A stretch of 63,880 nt of DNA from a virus (Duplodnaviria > Caudoviricetes). The position numbers and the translations under genes were made by a program. The notes below the pieces were generated by a model. That model had not been told where the DNA came from, did no database searches, and worked only from the letters and a program-made list of their open reading frames with translations. This document shows positions 1-7,954 of the stretch, piece after piece. The stretch is from the IMG/VR virus record IMGVR_UViG_3300022833_000010, positions 1 through 63,880 of that record. One strand, given 5' to 3'. Every line of letters starts with the position of its first letter. Positions within the stretch are counted from its first letter, which is position 1.

Positions 1-145
1 ATAGTCGCGTCATTTCTTCAATTGGATCAAAACCAAGAGCTTCAAGTTTCTTAACAGAAGCCATAGCGTTAATGTTCTTAGATCCTTTTGGACGACCTGA
101 TCCGGGTTTGCGACCGCCTACTAGATTTTTTCCTCGATTACTCAT
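1..145 (-). CDS. Putative terminase small subunit, 5' part (truncated by window start)
   Basis: Not in ORF track. AGGAGG SD then ATG at 145; reads MSNRGKNLVGGRKPGSGRPKGSKNINAMASVKKLEALGFDPIEEMTRL off the edge. The GRPKGSKN motif is typical of small terminases, and the gene would precede terL if the genome is circularised. Confidence 0.65.
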   Translation of the reverse strand, partial: MSNRGKNLVGGRKPGSGRPKGSKNINAMASVKKLEALGFDPIEEMTRL

Positions 146-504
146 TGTAACCTCCTATATTCTTTTTAGTTTGTTTTTGGACTTCTGTGAAATAGTTTAC
201 AACTGTACACTTTAAATATCAAAAATATTTCCTTACTTATCATCAAGATATAACAATAAAAATATAACCCAAAGAAAAGTAAAGGTTTATAGTAAACAGT
301 GAAGTTCAAATAGTTCGTTTCAGGGATGGTCTGCGTATAATTCTTACGTCATGGTTAGTGTACTATTAAGGGTATGACTCAGAATGATAACTCAGAATAA
401 AAACTGTAGCACATAGTGTAACACAAAAGGGATAGTAGAAATAGCAATTCCCCATTTTATTCCAGAAGTAATGTTTTGTTTTGCTAACTGTTTATGTTCC
501 TCGT

Positions 505-759
505 TCATGACAACAAACCACCCTTTAAGATAAAGGTCATAGCAGCACCAATAACGGCAGCAGCAGAAAGCTTAACAACCCAACCAATGAGGCTATCAAA
601 GGACTGTAGTTTAGCTTTGACAATACCTAAGTGAGTAGTCAGACTAGCCACTTCTAGCTTAATAGTTTGTAGTTGTTCTTTTAGTTTGTCAATATCTTGT
701 TTGAGATCTTCTTGCTCTTTGTATAGTTGTGTAAGAGCAAAGTTTCCATTATCTTGCAT
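505..759 (-). CDS. Coiled-coil protein with C-terminal TM helix (XhlA/holin-like)
   Basis: Heptad coiled coil followed by hydrophobic WVVKLSAAAVIGAAMTFIL. Confidence 0.5.
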   Translation of the reverse strand: MQDNGNFALTQLYKEQEDLKQDIDKLKEQLQTIKLEVASLTTHLGIVKAKLQSFDSLIGWVVKLSAAAVIGAAMTFILKGGLLS

Positions 760-1054
760 TAGGGTGACACCTTTTGTATGTTCTTGTTATTGTTAAGTTT
801 AGAAAGCTAGTTTAATACTGTTATAAACTTCGGTTGAGAAGTCACTACTCTTGTAGTATACTTTAATTACATTTAAATGAAATTTAATGACATTTAGAAA
901 GAAAGACGTAGTTAAAGCTTTTATTTTATTAACTAGAATTTCTTACTCTAACAAAACTAGACTATAGCTTTTATCTGGATAAGAATACTGGAAGTTTATT
1001 TATACTAAAATATTTAAAGACACTACCCCCACAGGTACCTTCTCATCTCATCCT

Positions 1055-1074
1055 ATCATTATTTGCGGGTATTT
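1055..1074 (-). promoter_or_regulatory. Phage RNAP promoter, class M/L, copy 1 (AAATACCCGCAAATAATGAT)
   Basis: Perfect 20-bp repeat with 5 intergenic copies, all co-oriented with genes; this copy precedes the packaging/late genes. Confidence 0.8.
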
Positions 1075-1117
1075 ATTATTTGATAAAACTAAGGAGTTTT
1101 GTTGTGGTTATAATTTC

Positions 1118-1215
1118 AAAAAAAAAAAAAGATTACTACAGTCACCCTTCAACCACTCCCCTCAACTACCCCGAAGGGTGGTCAAAAGAAATGATCAAAG
1201 GGTGACTGTAGTAAT
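1118..1215 (-). terminator. Extra-long intrinsic terminator (40-bp stem, UUCG loop, U13 tail)
   Basis: Arms 1132-1171 and 1176-1215; 30 Watson-Crick pairs, 9 G-U, 1 mismatch on minus-strand RNA; A13 at 1118-1130. Confidence 0.85.
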
Positions 1216-1225
1216 AGTAGTAGAC

Positions 1226-1675
1226 TTATTTTTTCTTCCAAGCACTGAGACATACAAGTTCAGTACCATAAGGGTTAGGTAGCTTACTAAGCTCTTCCCA
1301 GTACTGTTCTGCAACAACAATAACTTCGAACATGCCACCCTCAACCCAGTTAATGTGGTTGATGATTTCAAAGCGATAGAGAGAGTAAGGGAGTCCTCCG
1401 ATTTTACGGTTCATAGTTGCCGCACGTTGTTCTACTGGGTCTGCTAATACAAAGTTTTTATTCATGTCTGACCAGAAGTATCGAATAAGCTCTTCAGAGA
1501 AATCATCTACACCGTAAATAGCAATTGTATCTAGGTTAGGGTATTTCTTCTTGAAGTCTTCTTTGGCGTTCTTGGGTGTAGGCTTAAGTTTAATTTTGGT
1601 TGTCTTAACGTCAGTACTACCTTTAGGGCGACCACGGTTTTGTTTAGGTGCTTCGTCTACTGGTTTAAGAGTCAT
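1226..1675 (-). CDS. Hypothetical protein, N-terminal AT-hook-like RGRPKGS plus possible Rossmann-like domain
   Basis: ORF track; RGRPKGS and IAIYGVDDF...FVLAD. Confidence 0.5.
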   Translation of the reverse strand: MTLKPVDEAPKQNRGRPKGSTDVKTTKIKLKPTPKNAKEDFKKKYPNLDTIAIYGVDDFSEELIRYFWSDMNKNFVLADPVEQRAATMNRKIGGLPYSLYRFEIINHINWVEGGMFEVIVVAEQYWEELSKLPNPYGTELVCLSAWKKK

Positions 1676-1901
1676 TATTTAGTTCACTTTCTAGGTCTGT
1701 AAACCCGCCGATTAATTTAAAGATTTGTGGTACTGTTTTTACCTTAAGTTTTTCTACAAGAATAGACTTCCATAGGGCGTTACTAAGAGCATCAACTGAG
1801 TCTAGATCAACGTAGATATATTCGAGATTTTCTTTTTCTAACTTAATCACTGCTTTAGTACAAAATGTACAATTAGCTTTACCTATCACTAAGTATGTCA
1901 T
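1665..1901 (-). CDS. Glutaredoxin-like protein
   Basis: CTFC (CxxC) and TVPQIF motifs, 78 aa. Confidence 0.85.
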   Translation of the reverse strand: MTYLVIGKANCTFCTKAVIKLEKENLEYIYVDLDSVDALSNALWKSILVEKLKVKTVPQIFKLIGGFTDLESELNNDS

Positions 1902-1951
1902 TCAATTAATCCTTTTAGCGTTTGTTTATTTTATAGTAATTTAAGTAGTAT

Positions 1952-2146
1952 TTAAAGACGATCACCCTCTTCATCTTCTTCCTCATCATCCAACATAGTC
2001 TCAACGCCACCTACAAAGAACTCAAAAAGAATGTCTCGCATAGGCAGTTCGATATCCATTTCGTATTCCAAGATAAATTCATCAAACGCTGCTTCTAGCA
2101 GTTCATCCATGTCAGTTAAGTCTTGGTTTTCAACTTGATCAGTCAT
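1952..2146 (-). CDS. Small, very acidic hypothetical protein
   Basis: ORF track; D/E-rich, possible nucleic-acid mimic. Confidence 0.55.
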   Translation of the reverse strand: MTDQVENQDLTDMDELLEAAFDEFILEYEMDIELPMRDILFEFFVGGVETMLDDEEEDEEGDRL

Positions 2147-2189
2147 CGCTCAGTATCCCTGTTTTTAAATTTGTTTTGTTGTTAGTATG

Positions 2190-2717
2190 TTATTCTGCTA
2201 CTTCTTTTACGTGGATAACTTCATCCCAAATTCCTGCAGGATAATAGTTTAGTTTTGTGTATTCACACTCATGTAAGTCTTTAACAAACCAGTATTCTTT
2301 TGGTTCAGGACGTTCGTAAACCTTAAACACTCGGAAAGCTACAATGTTTTGTTTATCAAGTTGACTCCAGTTTAAGCTATCAGATAAGACTCCTTTCCCG
2401 TGTGTATAACCTCCTATTAATGTGATTTGTACTTCAGACTTAGGGTGAACAGGGTTATCTTCCCCAAACCATTCATGCCACTTACCATCATTATAATTAA
2501 CAGTCTCAACTTCTTGGCGATCGATCTTTAAAACACAGTCGTCGTCGTCGAAACACCAAGAGACACCATGTGTAAAGTCTTCGGGGCCATAGTAAAGTGA
2601 ATTATTTTTGTCAATACGAACAATAACTAATGCTTCACCAATGGTATACCCGTGTTCAATCGTATTACTTGTAATAACAACTGTATCACCTACCTTATAC
2701 TTTAGTCCAATAGTCAT
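2190..2717 (-). CDS. Hypothetical two-module protein (KVGDxV module plus WxxW-G-PVH module)
   Basis: SD AGGAGA; modules shared with ORFs 2778, 3630, 4380 and 27468. Confidence 0.7.
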   Translation of the reverse strand: MTIGLKYKVGDTVVITSNTIEHGYTIGEALVIVRIDKNNSLYYGPEDFTHGVSWCFDDDDCVLKIDRQEVETVNYNDGKWHEWFGEDNPVHPKSEVQITLIGGYTHGKGVLSDSLNWSQLDKQNIVAFRVFKVYERPEPKEYWFVKDLHECEYTKLNYYPAGIWDEVIHVKEVAE

Positions 2718-2777
2718 ACTGTCTCTCCTATTCCATTTATTATCATCGTATAAAACGAAGTCTTCTTCATCAAGGTA

Positions 2778-2930
2778 CTAGCTCTGATTGTCGGAGTCTA
2801 CTGCACCAATATACTTACTGTATTCGTCTTCGATTTCGGTAATGATTGTTGTATCACCAATATTATACCCGTGGCCAGATACATTACCAGTAATAGTAAC
2901 CGTATCACCTACTTTTAGTTCAGTAGTCAT
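2778..2930 (-). pseudogene. KVGD-module ORF interrupted by TAG at a Trp-equivalent position
   Basis: MTTELKVGDTVTITGNVSGHGYNIGD...QS*YLDEEDFVL versus paralog VSWCFDDDDCVL; the frame continues into ORF 2190-2717. Confidence 0.55.
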
Positions 2931-3301
2931 TTGACTTCTCCCATGTAATCTTCTGCTAAACGCCAGTCTACTACACCAAATGTAATCAAGTGACGTACAA
3001 CCTTAGCTGCTGCTTGTGGTGTGATATTTTCCCAGAGTATACTAATGTCACGAGGGTGACACAATTGATCAGCCTTTGTTCCTTCTACGAAGGCCTCACC
3101 TAAACCTAATGAATCAGCCTTATGACCACCAAAGAAAGTATCTGCTGCACCACCAATGCACATTGCAGTACCGCATTTGCTCCCTGTGTAATCGGTTACA
3201 CCTTCAGTAAGCCAATGTTCCATGTTAAAACCATAGCCATCTTTATTGTCACCACCAGCTTCAAGCCAGTCAGCAATGATACTCAAGCGTTCTTTATTCA
3301 T
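2927..3301 (-). CDS. Hypothetical protein, CGTAxCIGG family (paralog of 21225-21584)
   Basis: Shared motifs GF(N/D)ME, CGTA(M/A)CIGG and AA..R.L...G.V.W. Confidence 0.7.
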   Translation of the reverse strand: MNKERLSIIADWLEAGGDNKDGYGFNMEHWLTEGVTDYTGSKCGTAMCIGGAADTFFGGHKADSLGLGEAFVEGTKADQLCHPRDISILWENITPQAAAKVVRHLITFGVVDWRLAEDYMGEVK

Positions 3302-3351
3302 AGGTGTTCTCCAGTTTAATTAAACACAATATATTAGAAGTTATAAGTGAG

Positions 3352-3585
3352 TTATTCGTTTTGTTCTTTCTCAAAACACCTCCACAGAGACCATAATAAA
3401 ACTATTACAGGGGCTAAGGAAATAAAGAGTGGTATTGCATTTCCCGTGGCAAATAATGCTACTGTTGAAAATACAATGCTAAGGATTACAAACGTCCAAA
3501 ACAAAGCTGTTATAATATAGAATACAAACTCAGTTCCATCGTCTTGACTACGCCCCCAATTGTAGAATTTGATAATCTTATTCAT
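3352..3585 (-). CDS. Small membrane protein
   Basis: Two hydrophobic segments; SD GGAG. Confidence 0.6.
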   Translation of the reverse strand: MNKIIKFYNWGRSQDDGTEFVFYIITALFWTFVILSIVFSTVALFATGNAIPLFISLAPVIVLLWSLWRCFEKEQNE

Positions 3586-3629
3586 TTGATGTCTCCATTT
3601 TAATTAAAGCAGTTAGGGTTGTTTGCGGG

Positions 3630-4151
3630 TTATTGTGGTAACTTCAGCATTTTAACTGACGCACAATCAATCACACCGTCAATCGTATTATAGCTCATCT
3701 TGTGTGTGTCACTTTTGGCCTGGGGACCGCGCCAAAAAGATTTTTGCTGTCCAAAAAGTTCATGCGTCACAACAACAGGTTCCGCAGGCTTTACACGGTA
3801 TTTATCATCACTGTAAAAAATAGGATCATCAACATTAACCCATTTATCGTGGCAAAATAGCTCAATATTCTTACCATTGTGTTTAGCCAGCAACAAAGCT
3901 CCTTGCTCCTCTGGTTTCATGTCACCCCAGATTGGGTATTTGTCATCTGCGGCAACTGGTGATACAGCGCGTGATAACAGTTCCCATGTTGCGCTGAAGC
4001 CGTTTTGATCACCTTTTATTGTTGGTCTCGAATCGACACTACCTTCAAGCACATATTTTTTGCCAGTCGTGTAAAACCGACAGCTTTTATTATCAACACA
4101 GCGCACCGTGTCGCCTACTTTGTAACCTAGTTCTGCGAATGTCTCATTCAT
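3630..4151 (-). CDS. Hypothetical protein with N-terminal KVGDTV module
   Basis: ORF track; ATGA overlap with upstream gene. Confidence 0.65.
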   Translation of the reverse strand: MNETFAELGYKVGDTVRCVDNKSCRFYTTGKKYVLEGSVDSRPTIKGDQNGFSATWELLSRAVSPVAADDKYPIWGDMKPEEQGALLLAKHNGKNIELFCHDKWVNVDDPIFYSDDKYRVKPAEPVVVTHELFGQQKSFWRGPQAKSDTHKMSYNTIDGVIDCASVKMLKLPQ

Positions 4152-4378
4152 TGTTCAGTTTCCTTTGTTAAGGGTTTATCCTTAAGGGCAGCTTCAAAAA
4201 CAGCATAAGTAGTAGAAGCGTAAGCATCCGACTCATAAGCAGCATCAAAGGCAGTATAAGCAGTATTAGCCGCTGCTTCAAAGGCAATATCATAAGTATC
4301 CTTTGCTTTATCAAGAGCCTCACAAGCATCTTTATAAGCAGCCGCAGTGGCCAACTTTAGTTTCTCTAGTTCAGTCAT
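4148..4378 (-). CDS. Ala-rich helical protein, MTELEKLK family
   Basis: Same N-terminus as 5361-5591 and 5584-5784. Confidence 0.65.
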   Translation of the reverse strand: MTELEKLKLATAAAYKDACEALDKAKDTYDIAFEAAANTAYTAFDAAYESDAYASTTYAVFEAALKDKPLTKETEQ

Positions 4379-4379
4379 T

Positions 4380-4697
4380 TTATGTTACTTCTCTTACGTG
4401 TGTTACTGTGATGTAGTAACCATCTTTATCTGGTCGCAATATTCGCACCTCGGGGGCATCTGACATAAAACGATAGCACAACCAATACTCCTGTGGTTCC
4501 TTATGCTCCTTAGTTACTTTGAAGGCTACTATATTAGCTGACGTATGGTCCCAGTCGTAAACTTTAGCTTCTTTATCCTCCCTTCCAAGAGTGCCACAGG
4601 ATAGCATTACGTTAACCCAAGAGAGGTGATGCACAGGACACTCCCCGCCGTTCCACCCGTGCCATAGCCCGTTGTTATATTCTGGTGTGTTAGTCAT
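4380..4697 (-). CDS. Hypothetical protein, WxGWNGGECPV family
   Basis: Paralogous to the C-terminal half of 2190-2717 (NIVAF(K/R)V, EP.EYW, HV(R/K)EV). Confidence 0.7.
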   Translation of the reverse strand: MTNTPEYNNGLWHGWNGGECPVHHLSWVNVMLSCGTLGREDKEAKVYDWDHTSANIVAFKVTKEHKEPQEYWLCYRFMSDAPEVRILRPDKDGYYITVTHVREVT

Positions 4698-4718
4698 TGT
4701 TCAATTTCCTTTATAAAA

Positions 4719-4910
4719 TTAATTGAAGTTAGTAGGGGGTATGTACGCCTCGCAACTACCTGAGAAGTCCATGAAGGCTACAGGTGCATTATCTAGGTCA
4801 TGTGACCACCACTTACGTGAGCTTTTTTCCATTTCCGTTGTGAACTGTCTATGACAGATCTTATTAAGACACTCAGCTGAACAGAAAGATTTGTCTTTGT
4901 AACACATCAT
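4719..4910 (-). CDS. Small Cys-rich hypothetical protein
   Basis: CYKDKSFC..C.N..C.R pattern. Confidence 0.6.
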   Translation of the reverse strand: MMCYKDKSFCSAECLNKICHRQFTTEMEKSSRKWWSHDLDNAPVAFMDFSGSCEAYIPPTNFN

Positions 4911-5218
4911 TAGTCAAGTTCTCCATGTAATTTATTGAAAGATTCTTCCAGCAACATAATACGTTTTTCTTTATTTTTATATTTATTTATACTGTAGTAT
5001 CTGGCAAGAATAATAGCCGCCTTGGCTACTTGTATATTTTCCCAGAAGTCTTTTGCCCTGTGTGGCGCAGGTTCTTCATAAGAGATAACCTCTAAACAAT
5101 CTTTAATAGCACGGTCAATAGTTTCCTCCAGTGATGCTACAACTAAGATTTCAACCGTACAGGAATTGATTAGCTCATTGGCTAAATTTTTAGCGGCTTT
5201 CTCTAGTTTCTTAGTCAT
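4910..5218 (-). CDS. Hypothetical protein
   Basis: ORF track; TAATG coupling. Confidence 0.6.
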   Translation of the reverse strand: MTKKLEKAAKNLANELINSCTVEILVVASLEETIDRAIKDCLEVISYEEPAPHRAKDFWENIQVAKAAIILARYYSINKYKNKEKRIMLLEESFNKLHGELD

Positions 5219-5364
5219 TAGTTAGCCTCCCAGAATTCTAGTTTTTCCATAAGTTCATAGAGAGTCATTTCGTTAATATGCTCTTCAAAGGTTTTCTCGT
5301 CAGCCCCACAAGAGCTGCCATAAATATCCCACCATGCCTTATAGCTTTTCCATGCTTGTATCAT
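5218..5364 (-). CDS. Small hypothetical protein (48 aa)
   Basis: Not in track; MIQAWKSYKAWWDIYGSSCGADEKTFEEHINEMTLYELMEKLEFWEAN fills the gap and is stop/start coupled on both sides. Confidence 0.55.
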   Translation of the reverse strand: MIQAWKSYKAWWDIYGSSCGADEKTFEEHINEMTLYELMEKLEFWEAN

Positions 5365-5591
5365 TGTTTAGTTTCCTTCTGAGCTTCAATGTAGGCACGA
5401 TAAGCATTATAAGTAACTACATAAGCAGCAGCAAAAGCATTATTAGCATAATAAGCATTATCAGCAGCGGCATAAGCATTATAAGCAACTACATAAGCAT
5501 CAGCAAAAGCATTATCAGCAGCATCATAAGCATCATCAGCGGCATTATTAGCAGCATCAAGTGCAGCCTTTAGTTTCTCAAGTTCAGTCAT
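5361..5591 (-). CDS. Ala/Tyr/Asp-rich protein, MTELEKLK family (start revised to 5591)
   Basis: MTELEKLKAALDAA...; internal ~48-bp direct repeat at 5401 and 5473. Confidence 0.65.
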   Translation of the reverse strand: MTELEKLKAALDAANNAADDAYDAADNAFADAYVVAYNAYAAADNAYYANNAFAAAYVVTYNAYRAYIEAQKETKQ

Positions 5592-5784
5592 TAGCACAAC
5601 CCTCCTTAGCTTCAATGTAGGTACGATACGCAACAGCATAAGCATCATAGGCATCATTAAAAGCATCATGGGCATTACGAGTAGCAACATGAGCATTACG
5701 AGTAGCAACATAAGAATTATGGGCAGCTTCAACTTCAGCACCAGCAACCTTATAGGCGTCTTTAAGTTTCTCTAAGTTAGTCAT
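5584..5784 (-). CDS. Ala-rich protein, MTNLEKLK family
   Basis: Tandem VATRNAH repeat; SD GAGGA. Confidence 0.65.
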   Translation of the reverse strand: MTNLEKLKDAYKVAGAEVEAAHNSYVATRNAHVATRNAHDAFNDAYDAYAVAYRTYIEAKEGCAND

Positions 5785-5811
5785 TTGTCAGTCCTCTTTT
5801 GCTTTATGTAA

Positions 5812-6165
5812 TTAAAACTCACCTTTATATTTTTTCATTAGGATTTTAAGTTTTTCAAGCTCTCGTACTTTATTACTGTTTAAAAGATTATTCTTTCGAT
5901 TGATTTCATCAACGCGCTCATCTTCGGTAATTGAACGCCACTCTTGAATTACGATAGAGTAGTGACTGTCATATTCATCAGGTAAAAGGGACAAAGTACA
6001 GTGGGTAACTTGGTATGATTTCCCGTAAGTAGGTTCGTAATTGTAAGGGTACTTCTCTAGCAATTTTTCTAAATTCAAAATCAGATCTTCTGGGCTTTCG
6101 TTATCAATATCAAAGCTACGATAAGAAGGTACTGCTACGTAGTTACCACAATTTGAAATTCTCAT
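5812..6165 (-). CDS. Hypothetical protein
   Basis: ORF track. Confidence 0.55.
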   Translation of the reverse strand: MRISNCGNYVAVPSYRSFDIDNESPEDLILNLEKLLEKYPYNYEPTYGKSYQVTHCTLSLLPDEYDSHYSIVIQEWRSITEDERVDEINRKNNLLNSNKVRELEKLKILMKKYKGEF

Positions 6166-6254
6166 AAGTTATCCATTCATCAATTTAAGTTATTACAGTA
6201 CGTATAGATTAGAGAGCAACCCTACGATTACTTCGAATAGGAATAATAAAGTCA

Positions 6255-6491
6255 TCATTTAGAATTACCTGTTACTGACATTAAGCTTGATTTTACAATA
6301 TTAATAAGGATTAAAAAACCCCAAGATTTCCAAAAAGTAATTTCAGGAAGCGTAAACATACCTACAATAACTGAATTCCAAAGCAACATAAAAATCCAAG
6401 CGATTAAGGCACTAATTGCTAAACTGGCGACGAGCGCACCAACAACCATGCCAGCAGAAGAAGTGAAAGTGGTTTTATTTGATTTATACAT
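6255..6491 (-). CDS. Small membrane protein
   Basis: Hydrophobic; LWN..I..MF.LPEITFW motif; start revised to MYKSN. Confidence 0.6.
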   Translation of the reverse strand: MYKSNKTTFTSSAGMVVGALVASLAISALIAWIFMLLWNSVIVGMFTLPEITFWKSWGFLILINIVKSSLMSVTGNSK

Positions 6492-7110
6492 TTGTTTTAT
6501 TCTCCACAAGAACGTTTTGATAGGGGTTTACAATTTCATCGATGATGTTAAACTTCAAGGCTTCTTCAGCATTAAGCCAAACATCAGTAGGACATAGTAG
6601 ATTTTTACGAATCTTTTTTACAGACATTCCTGTAAAGATACGGTAGTGTTCTTCCATCCAAGAAGAAGTATGCTCAAAGCTCCGCATAGAACCGTAGATT
6701 TCATGTTCTTTACCGATTACTCCTCCTGAGTATTGGTGAGACATGATCTTAGCGGTAATAGAAGCTGATCGGTTTTTACCAGCCATTAGGACAACAGTGG
6801 CACAGGAAGCTGCAAGGCCCGTACAAAAGGTATCTACAGGGATACTAGACATTAACATTGTGTCAACGAGACTCAGACAAGAATCTACACGACCACCGGG
6901 GCTGTTAATAATAAGGGTGATTCTTTCTGGTTGAAGTTCCTTTTCCATTAAGTTATACTCAAGAATGTCTTGTATTACTGGGAAGATACTTTCAGGTTTA
7001 AAAGGTTGAGCGATCATAAGAATACCGCTTTTAAACAAATACTCGCCTGACTTTTGAAGAACAGGTTTTTCTTCTACTTTTGATTTAATCTTTTTAGATT
7101 TTTTAGTCAT
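6484..7110 (-). CDS. clpP: ClpP-family serine protease
   Basis: LIINSPGG, GLAASCA (Ser), IMSHQ (His), DVWLNAEEAL (Asp). Confidence 0.9.
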   Translation of the reverse strand: MTKKSKKIKSKVEEKPVLQKSGEYLFKSGILMIAQPFKPESIFPVIQDILEYNLMEKELQPERITLIINSPGGRVDSCLSLVDTMLMSSIPVDTFCTGLAASCATVVLMAGKNRSASITAKIMSHQYSGGVIGKEHEIYGSMRSFEHTSSWMEEHYRIFTGMSVKKIRKNLLCPTDVWLNAEEALKFNIIDEIVNPYQNVLVENKTNV

Positions 7111-7307
7111 TATTCATAATGTCCTGTTGTTGAAAGGTTAAATCCTAGAGAGTGATTTGTGTAGTAGACTTGCTTCCCCAGAGGACTATCTGGTTTTGGG
7201 ATAATTATATTTAAAGGGTGTAGTGCTTTATCCATACCTATTACTGAAACTTCAATTAAAATAGCGTCTTCATTGTGGTCTTCATAGTTTGTTATTTCTA
7301 CTGACAT
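7110..7307 (-). CDS. Hypothetical protein
   Basis: ORF track. Confidence 0.5.
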   Translation of the reverse strand: MSVEITNYEDHNEDAILIEVSVIGMDKALHPLNIIIPKPDSPLGKQVYYTNHSLGFNLSTTGHYE

Positions 7308-7320
7308 ATTTATTTACCTT

Positions 7321-7542
7321 TCATATTAATTGGTTAGTGTCCCATTCGAAATTGTAACTCAAACATTCTTTTCTTTCTACAGGAAACTTAGGATGTCTCA
7401 AAGATACAATATGATACTCTGGATATGGCACTAGAAGCATTAAGTCTTTATCTGATCGACCATAAGGTACTTCTAGATAAACCCAAAAACCGTCATCGTT
7501 TGGTTTGTTGTTAGGTATTAGCTTTACTGATATTACTTTCAC
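7321..7542 (-). CDS. Hypothetical protein
   Basis: GTG start with GAGG SD. Confidence 0.5.
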   Translation of the reverse strand: MKVISVKLIPNNKPNDDGFWVYLEVPYGRSDKDLMLLVPYPEYHIVSLRHPKFPVERKECLSYNFEWDTNQLI

Positions 7543-7563
7543 ATGAACCTCTTTTCGATAAAA

Positions 7564-7591
7564 TAAGCAGTTTATACACTTACTCAGGTGT
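7564..7591 (-). ncRNA. 28-nt H-type pseudoknot motif, copy B
   Basis: ACAC-C-UGAGUA-A-GUGU-AUAAAC-UGCUUA; covaries with copy A at 29805-29832. Confidence 0.6.
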
Positions 7592-7596
7592 TGCTA

Positions 7597-7779
7597 TTAG
7601 AAGATATCTTTTCGTAAACTCTCGGCCTCTTCAAGACCCTCTACAAGAAACATTCCAATGTATAGAATACTAAATCCAAGGATTACGACAGGGACAAACA
7701 AGAGAGTTCTTAGAATACCATGCCAAGGTTTCCAAGACTTTTCATAATAGTTTGCTGGCCAGTTATACCATTTTTTCAT
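7597..7779 (-). CDS. Small membrane protein
   Basis: One TM segment. Confidence 0.55.
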   Translation of the reverse strand: MKKWYNWPANYYEKSWKPWHGILRTLLFVPVVILGFSILYIGMFLVEGLEEAESLRKDIF

Positions 7780-7791
7780 TATAGTATTCCT

Positions 7792-7941
7792 TTAATAATC
7801 ATTTTCTTCTTCAAGAGCAACGGCATAATGATAACCTGACCAGTTATCTACACCTGCATTTTCAAGACAACTTAAAAACTTACTATTTTCTAACAAAGAT
7901 AAGTATTCTTTTTTAGTAATAGTTACAGTTTCATTTTCCAT
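7792..7941 (-). CDS. Small acidic protein, GVDNWxGY family (49 aa)
   Basis: Not in track; SD AGGAGG; MENETVTITKKEYLSLLENSKFLSCLENAGVDNWSGYHYAVALEEENDY. Confidence 0.7.
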   Translation of the reverse strand: MENETVTITKKEYLSLLENSKFLSCLENAGVDNWSGYHYAVALEEENDY

Positions 7942-7954
7942 GTTTACCTCCTTT

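Noticed and set aside
3618-3635. Partial class M/L promoter (AACCCGCAAAC), also TTTGCGGG near 36923
   Set aside because: Only the CCCGCAAA core matches; ATAATGA is missing
5334-5747. Low-complexity ORFs (ISSISII..., MLLLVMLM...) and a possible CRISPR-like repeat
   Set aside because: Alternate frames of Ala/Tyr-rich coding repeats; no constant repeat-spacer period
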